A DNA stretch of 57,462 nucleotides from Nostoc sp. DedSLP01 (GTDB taxonomy: Bacteria > Cyanobacteriota > Cyanobacteriia > Cyanobacteriales > Nostocaceae), in NCBI GenBank assembly GCA_034530875.2, contig JAVRCJ020000041.1, positions 1-57,462 of the forward strand, given 5' to 3'. Below, piece after piece: positions 30,184-41,608 of the stretch. The position numbers and the translations under genes were made by a program. Positions within the stretch are counted from its first letter, which is position 1. The number at the start of each line of letters is the position of its first letter. The notes beneath the pieces were generated by a model, which ran no database searches, had not been told where the DNA came from, and saw only the letters and a list, made by a program, of their open reading frames with translations.

Positions 30184-30232
30184 TGGTCATTAGTCATTAG
30201 TCATTTGTCCAATTACCAATGACTAATGACTA
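30184..30232. repeat. Inverted STRR2-like heptamer tract (TT(G/A)GTCA)
   Basis: TTGGTCATTAGTCATTAGTCA ... AATGACTAATGACTA. Confidence 0.7.
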
Positions 30233-30279
30233 TTAACAAGTATTAAGCTATTAACAGGAAACAAGCGAGGCTAAAAAGT

Positions 30280-30477
30280 ATGATTCTGCCTGGAGCAACT
30301 GTTCGTGTTAAGAATCCCGCAGATACCTATTATCGCTCTGAAGGACTCGTGCAACGGGTGAGCGATGGCAAGGTAGCCGTACTGTTTGAAGGTGGTAACT
30401 GGGATAAATTAATTACCTTCCGCCTGAAGGAATTGGAACTCGTAGAAACCACAGCGGGACGTAAAAAAGCAAAATAG
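30280..30477 (+). CDS. ndhS: NDH-1 subunit S
   Basis: [10 protein letters not shown]...[26 protein letters not shown]. Confidence 0.92.
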   Translation: MILPGATVRVKNPADTYYRSEGLVQRVSDGKVAVLFEGGNWDKLITFRLKELELVETTAGRKKAK

Positions 30478-30488
30478 ATTAGTTAGAA

Positions 30489-30516
30489 GTAGAGACGGGA
30501 TTAATCCTGTCTCTAC
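30489..30516. repeat. REP-like GTAG palindrome
   Basis: GTAGAGACGGGATTAATCCTGTCTCTAC. Confidence 0.7.
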
Positions 30517-30582
30517 AACAGTTAGGAGTTATTATTGTTCAACTCCTAAGTCCTAATTCTTAACTGATAACTCACCACTCTC

Positions 30583-31239
30583 ATGCGCCTTCCATTACCA
30601 CAGTTTGACAGAAGCGATCGCCATCCCAACCACTTTGCGGAGGTGATTGAAACTACTACTACTGAATTTTTGGCACAGTGTTTGGAACCCGAAGATTTAA
30701 GCTTTCCCTCTATGCCACCTTTTGGTAGTTGGGTTTGTGCTGTGGATGAAGAATCTGGGAATCTGGTTTACGCTGTGGTGTATCATGCCACAACTATGCC
30801 CATAGATTCCGTACACCGAGCTCGAGCATTAGGCTTGTCCTTGCAAGAATTACGCGAGGAACAACCCCAGATTTTTGCTATGCTCAGAACAGAATTTCGA
30901 GCTGCGATCGTTGGATTTGAACTATCTTCACAAAATCCAAGTTATAACCGAAGAGTATATCAGTATCTACCTCCGCGTCCGCCGCAAATTCATCAAGCTG
31001 TTTATCGATGCGAACTAGAAGCGATCGTTAAATTTACTGAGGAACTAGACTTTTTGCGGACACTACTTTGTATCAATGGTGCGCCAGTAGACGCCCTGAC
31101 CGCAGCTACCATTCGAGATGTATACCAATTACGTAAAGCTGACCGAGAATGGCTAATTAAAGCTGGGCGAAATCTGAGCGTGTTACTAAAAGATGACTAC
31201 GATCGCTTGCGGTTCATTTTGAGTCAAATCCACCCGTAG
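30583..31239 (+). CDS. HAS-barrel domain protein
   Basis: AEVIET..EFLAQC, PPFGSWV, YQYLPPRPPQIHQAV. Confidence 0.72.
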   Translation: MRLPLPQFDRSDRHPNHFAEVIETTTTEFLAQCLEPEDLSFPSMPPFGSWVCAVDEESGNLVYAVVYHATTMPIDSVHRARALGLSLQELREEQPQIFAMLRTEFRAAIVGFELSSQNPSYNRRVYQYLPPRPPQIHQAVYRCELEAIVKFTEELDFLRTLLCINGAPVDALTAATIRDVYQLRKADREWLIKAGRNLSVLLKDDYDRLRFILSQIHP

Positions 31240-31388
31240 GTAGTTAGTTCTTAGACAAATGTCTAGTTTAGTGTAAGTTAAGATTTTTGATTTTTCGTCA
31301 GACGTCAGGTAGCTTCTACATTTATATCAATCGAGCGATCGCCCCCAAGGCAACCGCAGTTTTACCATAGCCTCTTCAATTCCTACCT

Positions 31389-33530
31389 ATGGAACTCATA
31401 TTACAAGTTCTTGCTCTGGAACCAACTTCCCAAGTACTTGGCAAAGAACCAATTGTTTCCTTTGCTATTTTGCTGGTGGTCATCTTAGTTATACCGATCC
31501 TGTTTGAGCGACTAAGATTACCAGGATTAGTAGGTTTGGTTTTCTCTGGGTTAGTACTTGGGCCTTCGGGATGGCATCTATTTCAATCTGACTCGTCAAC
31601 GATAGACCTGCTATCAGATATTGGGTTAATGTATTTGCTGTTTGTTGCAGGACTAGAAGTCGATTTAGAAAAGTTCCGTAGGAGAAAAAGGCGTGCCTTT
31701 GGGTTTGCTAGCTTGACTTTTTGCGTACCGCTAATTATAGGAACCCTAATAGGTTTGATTTTAGGCTGTAATTGGAATTCTTCAATTTTAATTGGCTCTT
31801 TATTTGCTTCCTATACTCTTTTGGCATATCCCATAATCACTCGTTTGGGAGTGGTAAATAATGAAGCAGTTACTGTCAGCATTGGAGCTAAAATTTTTAC
31901 AGATATTGGTGCAGTTCTAATATTAGGCGTTTGTGTAGCTATAGCTCGCAATCAAATATTCAGCTTTGCTCACCTACTCACATTGTTGGGTTGGTTAATT
32001 ATTTACTCTGTTGCTGTCGTTGTAGGAATCGATTGGGCTGGTAAAGAATTTTTTCGCCGTTCCGGAGACGACCAAGGAAACAAATTTTTGTTTGTCTTAC
32101 TTGCTGTGTTTCTTGCTGCTGTAGGCGCTCAATTAATTGGAGTAGACAAAATTGTTGGGGCTTTTTTAGCAGGTTTAGCAGTAAATGAAGTTGTGGGCGA
32201 AGGCCCGGTCAAAGAAAAAGTGGTGTTTATTGGCAGTGTACTGTTCATTCCGATTTTCTTTGTTGACCTGGGTTTACTGATTAATTTTCCCGCCTTTTTA
32301 CATAATCCGAACACTCTCAAGTTAACGCTGTTAATTATTTTTGGTGCGATCGCCAGTAAATTCATTGCCGCATTGCTGACAAAACTGCTTTATCGCTACA
32401 GCTGGCGAGAAATGCTCGCAATGTGGTCGCTATCGCTTCCCCAGGTGGGTACAACCTTAGCAGCAACCTTAGTCGGATACCGGGCTGAATTTTTGTCATT
32501 GGACATATTACACAGCGTCATTGTTTTAATGGTTGTCACATCAACCTTGGGGCCATTCTTAACTAGTCGAGTAGCTGTTGGTTTGACTGCTTCCCTAGTC
32601 GCAAACCCATCACCAGCTACTTTCCCCGATGGCGATACACCAGAAATAGATACTGCTTTGACGACTATAGTCGTACCTGTCTATAATCCTCAGACACAGC
32701 AATATTTGATTGAAATGGCAGCCCTATTGGCGCGTCAGTCACAGGGTAAAATCGTACCGCTAGCGATCGCCAGTGCTACTGCTCACATGGATGCACCGCA
32801 GTTAGAAGCTTCTTTAGAACGCAGCGAACGGTTATTAACAAAAGCCACCGCCCAAAGTCGAGTATTAGGTGTAGCCGCAGAACCAGTGCTGCGAATTGAT
32901 GATGCTTTTGCTCAAGGAATTAGCAGAGCTGCCCGGGAACAAAAAGCTAGTTTAATTGTTATGGGTTGGGGTAAACGTACTGGTTTGCGGGCGCTGTTAT
33001 TTGGTAACGTCATCGATGGCGTACTTTGGGCGGCTCATTGTCCTGTAGCAGTTACACGTTTGGTAGAATCACCAAAAAAAATTCAGCGCATCTTAGTACC
33101 AGTAGAAAATTTAACAGCACCGATATTGCAGCCCGTACAATTTGCTCAGATGTTGGCAGAAGCAAATCAAAGCCACGTAACTGTACTGAATGTGTGCGAT
33201 CGCCGCACTAGTTCCAGTAAAATTGCCTGGAGGCGATCGCATCTCTCCCTCTTAGTATCTAAATTAGCTCTGCCTAATACCCCAGAAATTCAAATAATCG
33301 CTCATGAAAATGTTGCTCAAGCAATTTTGCAAGCAGCAAGATTATACGATTTAGTAGTTTTACCTTTTATCCGCAATCGTACTAGTCCCGGTGGGTTAGC
33401 CATTAGCGATGTCACAACTGAGTTAGCCAGACAACTCACTTGCTCCATTGTCATGCTTGGCGAACCACAACGCACTCAAACAAATGTTGTTATCTCTAAT
33501 ACAGCTACCAGCATTACGTCTGCTGTATGA
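31389..33530 (+). CDS. CPA2 cation:proton antiporter with C-terminal USP-like domains
   Basis: LFVAGLEVD, GAFLAGL, FIPIFF; IVMGWG...LFGNVIDGVLWAAHCPVAV. Confidence 0.87.
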   Translation: MELILQVLALEPTSQVLGKEPIVSFAILLVVILVIPILFERLRLPGLVGLVFSGLVLGPSGWHLFQSDSSTIDLLSDIGLMYLLFVAGLEVDLEKFRRRKRRAFGFASLTFCVPLIIGTLIGLILGCNWNSSILIGSLFASYTLLAYPIITRLGVVNNEAVTVSIGAKIFTDIGAVLILGVCVAIARNQIFSFAHLLTLLGWLIIYSVAVVVGIDWAGKEFFRRSGDDQGNKFLFVLLAVFLAAVGAQLIGVDKIVGAFLAGLAVNEVVGEGPVKEKVVFIGSVLFIPIFFVDLGLLINFPAFLHNPNTLKLTLLIIFGAIASKFIAALLTKLLYRYSWREMLAMWSLSLPQVGTTLAATLVGYRAEFLSLDILHSVIVLMVVTSTLGPFLTSRVAVGLTASLVANPSPATFPDGDTPEIDTALTTIVVPVYNPQTQQYLIEMAALLARQSQGKIVPLAIASATAHMDAPQLEASLERSERLLTKATAQSRVLGVAAEPVLRIDDAFAQGISRAAREQKASLIVMGWGKRTGLRALLFGNVIDGVLWAAHCPVAVTRLVESPKKIQRILVPVENLTAPILQPVQFAQMLAEANQSHVTVLNVCDRRTSSSKIAWRRSHLSLLVSKLALPNTPEIQIIAHENVAQAILQAARLYDLVVLPFIRNRTSPGGLAISDVTTELARQLTCSIVMLGEPQRTQTNVVISNTATSITSAV

Positions 33531-33939
33531 TATGAAACCAAGTTCAGTCACTTGGCTAGACTCTGGCTGCAATGGAAAGAACAAAATTTTTGGGCAATAA
33601 ATTGGCTGTAGAAGCGTACACCCGTACATTTTTACTATTTATTTGTAGTAGCCATAAAAAGCCTTAACCCTAAAAACACTTTATTTAGTTGAAGATTTCA
33701 TGAACTTTAAATCAAAATCTGACAATCTCTAGTAATGTTTGCGATTTTCCTAGTTAAATTATTAACGAAGCACATAAAAACATCACAAATCTACAACCGC
33801 AAGCAAACAAGTAAATTCAAGAACGCTTTTTGATTAACTCTTGTTTGTTATTGGTTCTGTATTTTTGTGCCCAAGCTGGGTAACCTAATAGAGATAAGTG
33901 CAATAGCTACTGAAAATATCTGTAACTAACCAGGAAACT

Positions 33940-34890
33940 ATGAGAATTTTAGTAACGGGCGGTGCTGGGTTTATTGGTTCCCATCTCATCGACCGACTAA
34001 TGAACGAAGGGCATGAAATAATATGCTTAGATAATTTTTACACAGGTCATAAACGTAACATCCTTAAATGGTTAGAAAATCCATACTTTGAATTGATCCG
34101 TCACGATATTACCGAACCAATTCGGTTAGAAGTGGATCAAATTTATCATTTAGCTTGCCCTGCTTCTCCAGTACATTATCAATACAACCCAGTAAAAACC
34201 GTTAAAACTAACGTTATGGGAACGTTGAACATGTTGGGGTTAGCTAAGCGCGTGAAAGCTAGGTTTTTCTTGGCTTCAACTAGCGAAGTCTATGGAGATC
34301 CGGAAGTTCATCCCCAAACAGAAGATTATAGGGGTAGCGTCAATCCTATAGGCATACGTTCGTGCTACGACGAAGGCAAAAGAATCGCTGAAACCCTAGC
34401 ATTTGATTACTACAGACAAAATAAAGTTGACATTCGAGTTGCGCGGATCTTCAACACCTACGGGCCGAGAATGTTAGAAAATGATGGTCGGGTGGTAAGC
34501 AACTTTATAGTTCAAGCCTTGCGCGGCACTCCTTTAACAGTGTACGGTGATGGTTCGCAAACTCGGAGTTTTTGTTACGTTTCCGATTTGGTAGAAGGAT
34601 TTATCCGGCTGATGAATAGCGACTATATCGGCCCGGTAAATTTGGGCAATCCTGGGGAATACACGATTTTACAATTGGCACAAGCCGTGCAAAACATGAT
34701 TAACCCCAACGCACAGATTAAATTTGAGCCGCTACCGTCAGACGACCCCAGGCGTCGCCAGCCTGATATCACAAGGGCAAAAACTTGGTTAAATTGGGAA
34801 CCTACCATTCCTTTGCAAGAGGGGTTAAAACTGACAATAGAAGATTTCCGCGATCGCATCAACAGCGATGTTAAGAATTCAGCCTCCTGA
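33940..34890 (+). CDS. uxs: UDP-glucuronate decarboxylase (UDP-xylose synthase)
   Basis: [41 protein letters not shown]. Confidence 0.9.
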   Translation: MRILVTGGAGFIGSHLIDRLMNEGHEIICLDNFYTGHKRNILKWLENPYFELIRHDITEPIRLEVDQIYHLACPASPVHYQYNPVKTVKTNVMGTLNMLGLAKRVKARFFLASTSEVYGDPEVHPQTEDYRGSVNPIGIRSCYDEGKRIAETLAFDYYRQNKVDIRVARIFNTYGPRMLENDGRVVSNFIVQALRGTPLTVYGDGSQTRSFCYVSDLVEGFIRLMNSDYIGPVNLGNPGEYTILQLAQAVQNMINPNAQIKFEPLPSDDPRRRQPDITRAKTWLNWEPTIPLQEGLKLTIEDFRDRINSDVKNSAS

Positions 34891-35019
34891 GTAGTGCTTA
34901 GCTCTGCTCTTAACTTCCGTGCAAGCTCATCCTATTTGGTAGCCGGTACTTTAGTGGCTGTGTTTCCCCTAAGTTTATAAGTGTGATAATTTAACGCTAA
35001 AAATAGCGAGGAGTTAAAA

Positions 35020-36411
35020 ATGCGTGTTTGCGTAATTGGTACTGGTTACGTCGGTTTGGTTACAGGTGCTTGCTTGGCTCATATTGGACATGATGTCATT
35101 TGCGTAGACAATAACGAAGAAAAAGTTAAATTAATGAAATCTGGACAGTCCCCAATTTTTGAACCGGGACTCTCAGAAATTATGCAGTCTGCCATTCAAG
35201 CAGACAAAATTCATTTTACAAGCGACCTCGCAGCTGGAGTCGCCCACGGAGAAATTCTGTTTATTGCTGTAGGAACGCCACCTTTACCAACTGGTGAGAG
35301 CGATACCCGTTACGTTGAAGCTGTAGCCCGTGGTATTGGGGAAAATCTCAACGGTGGTTATAAAGTCATCGTTAACAAATCTACAGTACCCATTGGTTCT
35401 GGTGACTGGGTGCGGATGATTGTTCTAGATGGTATCGCCGAACGGCAGAAAACTCTCGTACCTGCTGGTGGGATCGCAAGCGATGATAAATTACCTGAAT
35501 TTGTAGCTGAATTTGATGTTGTCAGCAACCCAGAATTTCTGCGCGAAGGTTCAGCAGTTTATGACACCTTTAACCCCGATCGCATTGTACTAGGAGGCAA
35601 TAGCCCCAGAGCGATCGCCTTAATGGCACAACTGTATGCCCCAATTGTAGAACGCAAATACGCAGACAATCCCTCTTTACCCCCAGTACCAATTCTGGCA
35701 ACAGACCTGAGTTCGGCGGAAATGATTAAATACGCTGCCAATGCGTTTTTGGCCACTAAGATTAGTTTTATTAATGAAGTCGCTAATATTTGCGATCGTG
35801 TTGGTGCTGATGTTACCCAAGTCGCAAAAGGTATTGGTTTAGACTCCCGCATTGGTAACAAGTTTTTACAAGCTGGTATTGGTTGGGGTGGTTCTTGCTT
35901 CCCCAAAGATGTTTCCGCCCTGATTCACACTGCTGATGACTATGGCTATGAAGCAGAATTACTCAAAGCCGCCGTCAACGTTAACGAACGTCAACGTTTG
36001 ATTGCTCTGGAAAAACTGCAACAAGTCCTGAAAATCCTCAAAGGCAAAACTATTGGGCTACTAGGTCTAACCTTTAAGCCTGATACCGATGATATGCGCG
36101 ATGCTCCAGCCCTCAACTTAATCGAACAACTCAACCGATTGGGAGCTAAAGTCAAAGCCTACGACCCCATTGTTTCCCAAACAGGTATGCGTCATGGTCT
36201 TTCTGGGGTGCTAGTAGAAACCGATGCTGAAAGACTCGCTGACGGCTGCGATGCTTTGGTACTCGTCACCGAATGGCAACAATTTAGCACTCTCGACTAC
36301 CTAAAGATGGCAAAATTGATGGCTCATCCCGTAATTATTGATGGTCGTAACTTCCTCGACCCTGAAGTAATGGTACGGGCTGGATTCCAATATGTAGGTG
36401 TTGGAAGATAG
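35020..36411 (+). CDS. ugd: UDP-glucose 6-dehydrogenase
   Basis: GTGYVG, KSTVP, SNPEFLREG, GGSCFPKD, FKPDTDDMR. Confidence 0.93.
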   Translation: MRVCVIGTGYVGLVTGACLAHIGHDVICVDNNEEKVKLMKSGQSPIFEPGLSEIMQSAIQADKIHFTSDLAAGVAHGEILFIAVGTPPLPTGESDTRYVEAVARGIGENLNGGYKVIVNKSTVPIGSGDWVRMIVLDGIAERQKTLVPAGGIASDDKLPEFVAEFDVVSNPEFLREGSAVYDTFNPDRIVLGGNSPRAIALMAQLYAPIVERKYADNPSLPPVPILATDLSSAEMIKYAANAFLATKISFINEVANICDRVGADVTQVAKGIGLDSRIGNKFLQAGIGWGGSCFPKDVSALIHTADDYGYEAELLKAAVNVNERQRLIALEKLQQVLKILKGKTIGLLGLTFKPDTDDMRDAPALNLIEQLNRLGAKVKAYDPIVSQTGMRHGLSGVLVETDAERLADGCDALVLVTEWQQFSTLDYLKMAKLMAHPVIIDGRNFLDPEVMVRAGFQYVGVGR

Positions 36412-36455
36412 ATATTTTGGATTGAATTAAAAATTTCTAGCTGTTATTAATCAAG

Positions 36456-36491
36456 TAGGGTCATAACTATAGTTATGACCCTAAAATTTTT
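36456..36491 (+). terminator. Perfect 28-bp palindrome after ugd, probable terminator
   Basis: TAGGGTCATAACTATAGTTATGACCCTA followed by AAATTTTT. Confidence 0.6.
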
Positions 36492-36615
36492 CATATAAAA
36501 GCTGTGTCTATCAAAGATATTAACTTCCATCCAAGTTATGCTTATAGGCAACTAGTTGGAACATCAGGAGATAATTGAAGAACTATTTGATTTCCTGGTG
36601 ATTGAGGTAGAAAGT

Positions 36616-37608
36616 GTGAAACTGGCTTTTATCATTGATCCCATCCATCAGCTTGACCCGTGCCATGATACTAGCGTTGCCCTGATGGAAGCAGCGCAAA
36701 TCTTGGGACACGAGGTTTGGGTGACTCAAGCAAATTTACTGAGTGTAGTGGAGGGCAAAGCTTGGGCTGTCCTACAGCAAGTCGAACTTGTACCAGTGCA
36801 GTTGGTTGAGGGACGCTGGCTAGCAGCGAATCCTTGGTATAAATTGAGCGAAGGCTTTTTCGCTTCCTTGGAAACAATGGACGCCGTATTTATGCGGACA
36901 GATCCACCAGTTAATGATTCCTACCTTTATGCCACCTATATTCTCGATTACATTGACCAAAATAAAACTTTGGTAATTAATAATCCTAGCGGTATTCGCG
37001 GGGCAAATGAAAAAATGTACGCCTTGCAATTTACCAAAGCGATTCCAGAAACCATTGTTAGTGCTGATAAGCAGTTTATCAGGCAATTTGTGGAAGCGAA
37101 GGGAACTGCGGTTCTCAAACCATTGGGTAACAAAGCTGGGGAAGGAATTTTGATTTTGCAATCAGGCGATCGCAATTTCAACTCTATTGTCGAACTCAGC
37201 ACTCTTCAAGGTAAAGTACCAGTAATGGTGCAAACCTATTTACCTCAAGCAAAAGAAGGAGATAAGCGAATTATCTTACTAAATGGCGAACCGATTGGCG
37301 CCCTCAATCGCCTCTCTAGCAGCATTGATTTTCGCAATAACATGGCAACTGGTGGTACAGTCGCTCAAACGGAAATCACTCCTAGAGAACATGAAATCTG
37401 CACCCAAATAGCCGAACGTTTGCGTCAAGACGGTTTAATTTTTGTAGGTATTGACGTTATCGGTGGCTATCTGACTGAAGTTAACGTCACTAGTCCCACT
37501 GGAATTCGTGAGATTGACCGCCTAGATGGTACTCGCCTAGCTCATCAGGTGATTCAATGGATTGAAAAAACTTTCAACAAGAATACATCATTCAAAATAC
37601 ACAATTGA
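36616..37608 (+). CDS. gshB: Glutathione synthetase
   Basis: FIIDP, MRTDPP, ANEK, EGDKRI, FRNNMATGG, EVNVTSPTG; GTG 36616 follows GAGG (ORF track 36556). Confidence 0.94.
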   Translation: MKLAFIIDPIHQLDPCHDTSVALMEAAQILGHEVWVTQANLLSVVEGKAWAVLQQVELVPVQLVEGRWLAANPWYKLSEGFFASLETMDAVFMRTDPPVNDSYLYATYILDYIDQNKTLVINNPSGIRGANEKMYALQFTKAIPETIVSADKQFIRQFVEAKGTAVLKPLGNKAGEGILILQSGDRNFNSIVELSTLQGKVPVMVQTYLPQAKEGDKRIILLNGEPIGALNRLSSSIDFRNNMATGGTVAQTEITPREHEICTQIAERLRQDGLIFVGIDVIGGYLTEVNVTSPTGIREIDRLDGTRLAHQVIQWIEKTFNKNTSFKIHN

Positions 37609-37701
37609 GAATCAAGACCCTCTCAGACTCGCTAACTCTACTTCGATCGGTGGGGAATTAGAACCACCAAATTTTCTAATTTTGTCTGATATTTCATCAT
37701 T

Positions 37702-37796
37702 TATAGCAGTTGAACCATAGTTGAAGACATAAACTGACCGTAAGTAAAACCCAGAAAACAATAGACTTTCAAGCCTGTTGCCTGTTCCCTGCTATA
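37702..37796. mobile_element. MITE-like element (short copy of the 50850-51035 family)
   Basis: TATAGCAG...CTGCTATA termini; first 39 nt match 50850 onward with one mismatch. Confidence 0.7.
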
Positions 37797-37803
37797 TCAA
37801 TAC

Positions 37804-37850
37804 ACCAGTCGCTAACAAGACTTCTAAATTCTAGCGACTGGTACTTTTAT
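37804..37850 (+). terminator. Hairpin with T-rich tail between convergent gshB and ftsZ
   Basis: ACCAGTCGCTA...TAGCGACTGGT then ACTTTTAT. Confidence 0.55.
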
Positions 37851-38279
37851 TCTTTCTTATTAAAAATAAAAAATAATTTTGATTTGCTTTTTAATTTTAT
37901 TCGTGTCCTATTATTTGGAAATCTATTTTAGTTAGGACACTTGCATAGTTAAGTTTTCTACGCCACTTACTTTGAAATAAATATATTCACTAAGTTAAAT
38001 GGATTGCAGGGGTAGATGTAGCAATCGCATTCTTAGTCGAGCCAGTCTTCTTGTTTATTTTTCACAAAAGCACAATCAGACACAGGAATCAACAGACTCC
38101 ATCTCGAGTTCATTCTGTAAGTAGCGTCGAGAAATTTATTTACCAATTAGCAATATTAGGGACGGCAATGTAATTGCTTGCCCTTGCCGTTGGTAAAACC
38201 CTGTAACTAGCATTTTTTATACAGCTACCAGCCTGACTTGAGACTGCGAATTTAATCTCAAATCTCAAATCAAAATTTT

Positions 38280-39590
38280 TTAATTTCTCGGTGTACGTCG
38301 GTTTCTCAGAAAATCAGGGATATCCAATCCAGGTTTTTCTTTTGGTTCTGGAATTGGAGTTGGAGTTGGAGTTGAAGTTTGGGTTTGAGGATTAACTGTG
38401 GGTTGTGGTGTTACTGGTCGTTTGGGAGTATTAGGTGCTACCCGAACGTTAGCCACACTTTGTTGTGGTGCTGTTTGTACTTCACCTGTAAATCCGGTAG
38501 CAATTACGGTAATTCTGACCTCACCTTGGAGTCGGTCATCAATTACAGCTCCAAAAATAATATTCGCATTGGGATCTACTACTTCATAGATTGCTTCGGC
38601 AGCAGCATTCACTTCATGCAAAGTCAGGTCAGTACCGCCAGTAATATTAAACACTACACCTCTAGCACCTTCAATGGAACATTCTAGTAAAGGTGAAGAA
38701 ATAGCTGCGATCGCGGCTTCTCTAGCTCTAGATTTTCCTGAGCTAACACCAATTCCCATCAATGCCGATCCTGCATCTGCCATCACGGCCCGGACATCAG
38801 CAAAGTCAACATTTACCAAACCTGGGATCGTGATGATATCTGAAATACCTTGCACCCCTTGACGCAGCACATCATCAGCATAGCGAAAAGCTTCTTGTAC
38901 GGGAGTTTGTTCGGGGATCACTTCCAACAGTTTGTTATTGGGGATGATAATGAGCGTATCTACCCGACTTTTTAATCCTTCAATACCTTGTTCTGCTTGG
39001 CTAGTGCGGCGGCGTCCTTCAAAAACAAATGGCCGCGTAACCACGCCAACAGTCAAAGCGCCCATTTCTTTGGCTACTTCTGCCACAATTGGTGCTGCAC
39101 CTGTTCCAGTACCGCCTCCCATACCAGCTGTAATAAATACTAGGTCTGCACCCTCTAAAGCCGTAGCAATTTCATCTCTCGATTCCTCAGCCGCCTTTTG
39201 ACCAATGGCAGGATTACCACCTGCTCCCAAACCGCGAGTCAACTTCTGTCCAATTTGCAAGCGACTGGGAGCGCCAGCTAAGGTCAGAGCTTGGGCATCA
39301 GTGTTAATTGACCAAAACTCGACACCAGAAACATCAGACTCTATCATGCGGTTAACAGCATTGCCGCCACCGCCGCCGACACCAATCACTTTAATATTGG
39401 CAACCCGACCGGGTACAATCTCACCAATTCGGCTATTTTCAGTGGAAATCTTCTTATTATCGTGATTTTGTGCGAAGTTCAGCCCAGAGCTATTAAAGGG
39501 ATTGGTCGAGTTCACTGACAGAGAAAAACCCTGCTGTCCGGTAGCTTGAGAATCTTTATAGGTAAGTCCTTGGTTATTATCAAGTGTCAT
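38280..39590 (-). CDS. ftsZ: Cell division protein FtsZ
   Basis: [27 protein letters not shown]-terminal LDIPDFL; cyanobacterial N-terminal extension. Confidence 0.98.
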   Translation of the reverse strand: MTLDNNQGLTYKDSQATGQQGFSLSVNSTNPFNSSGLNFAQNHDNKKISTENSRIGEIVPGRVANIKVIGVGGGGGNAVNRMIESDVSGVEFWSINTDAQALTLAGAPSRLQIGQKLTRGLGAGGNPAIGQKAAEESRDEIATALEGADLVFITAGMGGGTGTGAAPIVAEVAKEMGALTVGVVTRPFVFEGRRRTSQAEQGIEGLKSRVDTLIIIPNNKLLEVIPEQTPVQEAFRYADDVLRQGVQGISDIITIPGLVNVDFADVRAVMADAGSALMGIGVSSGKSRAREAAIAAISSPLLECSIEGARGVVFNITGGTDLTLHEVNAAAEAIYEVVDPNANIIFGAVIDDRLQGEVRITVIATGFTGEVQTAPQQSVANVRVAPNTPKRPVTPQPTVNPQTQTSTPTPTPIPEPKEKPGLDIPDFLRNRRTPRN

Positions 39591-40753
39591 TGGATTTGTC
39601 AGAGGTAGATAAACGACTTTTGGGGGTGTTATTCAACTAGGAGTCAACTATAGTTTGACACTGCTATAAAATTGTGGCAGTGTTTTTTATTGTTTTCACT
39701 ACTGTCAAGCCTAACAGAATTGGCTGTGCGAAAATTTACTCTCTTGCGAGCTTTGAAGACAGGCGATCGCGCAGCTGATTTTACAGAAGTATAATTCCAA
39801 TTTACGCAGTCAAATATAGCCAGGCTACTACAGATATGCTTGAACAACAATAATTTCTGCATAATAACGTTGAATATATTTAAATACCTACATGTATCTA
39901 AAAGTATTCTGTATAACTTTAACCAGACATTAATGTATTCATTTTCTTCACCAGATGGCATAACTTGCAAGAACCCGTCAAAGCGGGTCTTATCTGCCTG
40001 AATAATATTGTTAATAGATTTCACCATTGGCAACGATCGCAATTGAAGATACAAAATTTACATGGTACTTGCTTAATCTTCGAGATGGAAGTAAGGAATA
40101 TTTTGCTTGTCAGACTATACCTGATTAATTTGCGATTTGGGGAGTGTTAACGGACACTTTATTGCAGCAATACTCTATCCTCCGAGAATCCTTACCCCTT
40201 CAAAAAACTAAATATTTCCCTAAAGCTTTTGTAACCTAATAGGGCTGACGGCACAGATTAGTTAATACTGATTGCCCAGAACCAATGCTTAGGCAACTGT
40301 AAGTATCATTTTCACATATTAAAACTTTAGGTCTACTGTCTTTGGAAGTGTCCTCAACAGATGAAAGCTAGAGTGTTTTTGGCTCTGCGTTGGAATGGCA
40401 GCATTAACCGTTTAGCTCGGTATTCTTTACTCGTGAGTCAGATTTGAATGAAAAACTCAAATATTTTTCTCCTTTTGGCGCTGGGTTCAATCGAAGAATA
40501 TATGGGCAAAAGGCCTGTAAAACACCTTTTACCATCATTAGATTGTCCGGCATCTGCACCCCACCAGTATAGATGTTAGGGTATCGATTGGGAGTCTTTG
40601 ACTCCCAATGAAGATTTTATGGTCGATCTTCTCATTTTAATTAGAAGTTAATGCCGATTTCCCTGCAATTTGCGAGAAAACTAAAAATAATAAATATATT
40701 TATCAGCATAAAGCTTCTTAACTTAGGTTAGAGCGTTCAATACTTGAAGCACT

Positions 40754-41608
40754 TTAGATTTTTTTAGGGTTTTTAGGAGTTAATTTGGGGCTTTCTTGGT
40801 TCATTTGTACTAATGGAAATTCGGGGTTTTTCAAATCAATATACTCTATTTCGTCAGAATTGAGTTTTGCAGTTAAATGACGCATTTGGCCTAGTACTTT
40901 GATTTGTTCGGATAACTGGCTGCCTGGAGTGCCAAGATGGACATTTCCTAACTCTGTTTTCAGAATTAAATTCGTTGGATTTTGGCAATCAATTTCCATT
41001 ACTTTGACCAGGCTTTGGCTGACAGCTTGATGAACTTGAGTCCAATTGAGACAGTATTGTTTTGGTAATCCAATAACTCTAAGACTGGGTAATTTTCTGG
41101 TGGGATTGAGCGATGTGTATTTTTCTAAAGGTATCCAACCTCCACTGGCATCTAGTAAACCGATAGTGACTTTTTTGTTACCACTGTCTTGATTTTGCAC
41201 TGATGGTGTTTGAGTCACTGCTACAGGTACTCGTTCTTGGATATCGATGATTAAACCAGGAGGAAATAAACGCCGTCTAACACTTGCATTGGCAATAGTT
41301 GGTTGTTTCTTCAAAGAGTTAGCGATCGCCGACGGCTCAATTCTCCACAAAGACTGGGGATAAGATAGCACTACCAGCGTTCGAGTCGTCTCATCGGAGA
41401 GTAACTTATTGCCTGATTTCATAACTATTTGTTTAGAGGTTTTGAGGATCCACACTGGTTGGATTGCCATCCAGAGTAACCCACCTGCTAAACCGGTAAT
41501 GGCAAAGGTTCGCCAAATAGCCTGAATAATTTTCATCTGCCGTTGCCGACGCAATTTTTTACGACGCTGGGCTAGATCCTTACGGGAAACTGATATTATG
41601 CCAGCCAT
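40754..41608 (-). CDS. ftsQ: Cell division protein FtsQ/DivIB
   Basis: Basic N-terminus, single TM, POTRA (VRRRLFPPGL..IQERVPVA), YIDLKNP; upstream of ftsZ. Confidence 0.9.
   Translation of the reverse strand: MAGIISVSRKDLAQRRKKLRRQRQMKIIQAIWRTFAITGLAGGLLWMAIQPVWILKTSKQIVMKSGNKLLSDETTRTLVVLSYPQSLWRIEPSAIANSLKKQPTIANASVRRRLFPPGLIIDIQERVPVAVTQTPSVQNQDSGNKKVTIGLLDASGGWIPLEKYTSLNPTRKLPSLRVIGLPKQYCLNWTQVHQAVSQSLVKVMEIDCQNPTNLILKTELGNVHLGTPGSQLSEQIKVLGQMRHLTAKLNSDEIEYIDLKNPEFPLVQMNQESPKLTPKNPKKI

Noticed and set aside
39644..40150. 136-aa and 61-aa ORFs between ftsQ and ftsZ
   Set aside because: No recognisable motifs, atypical composition, mutually overlapping; probably chance ORFs in a regulatory spacer
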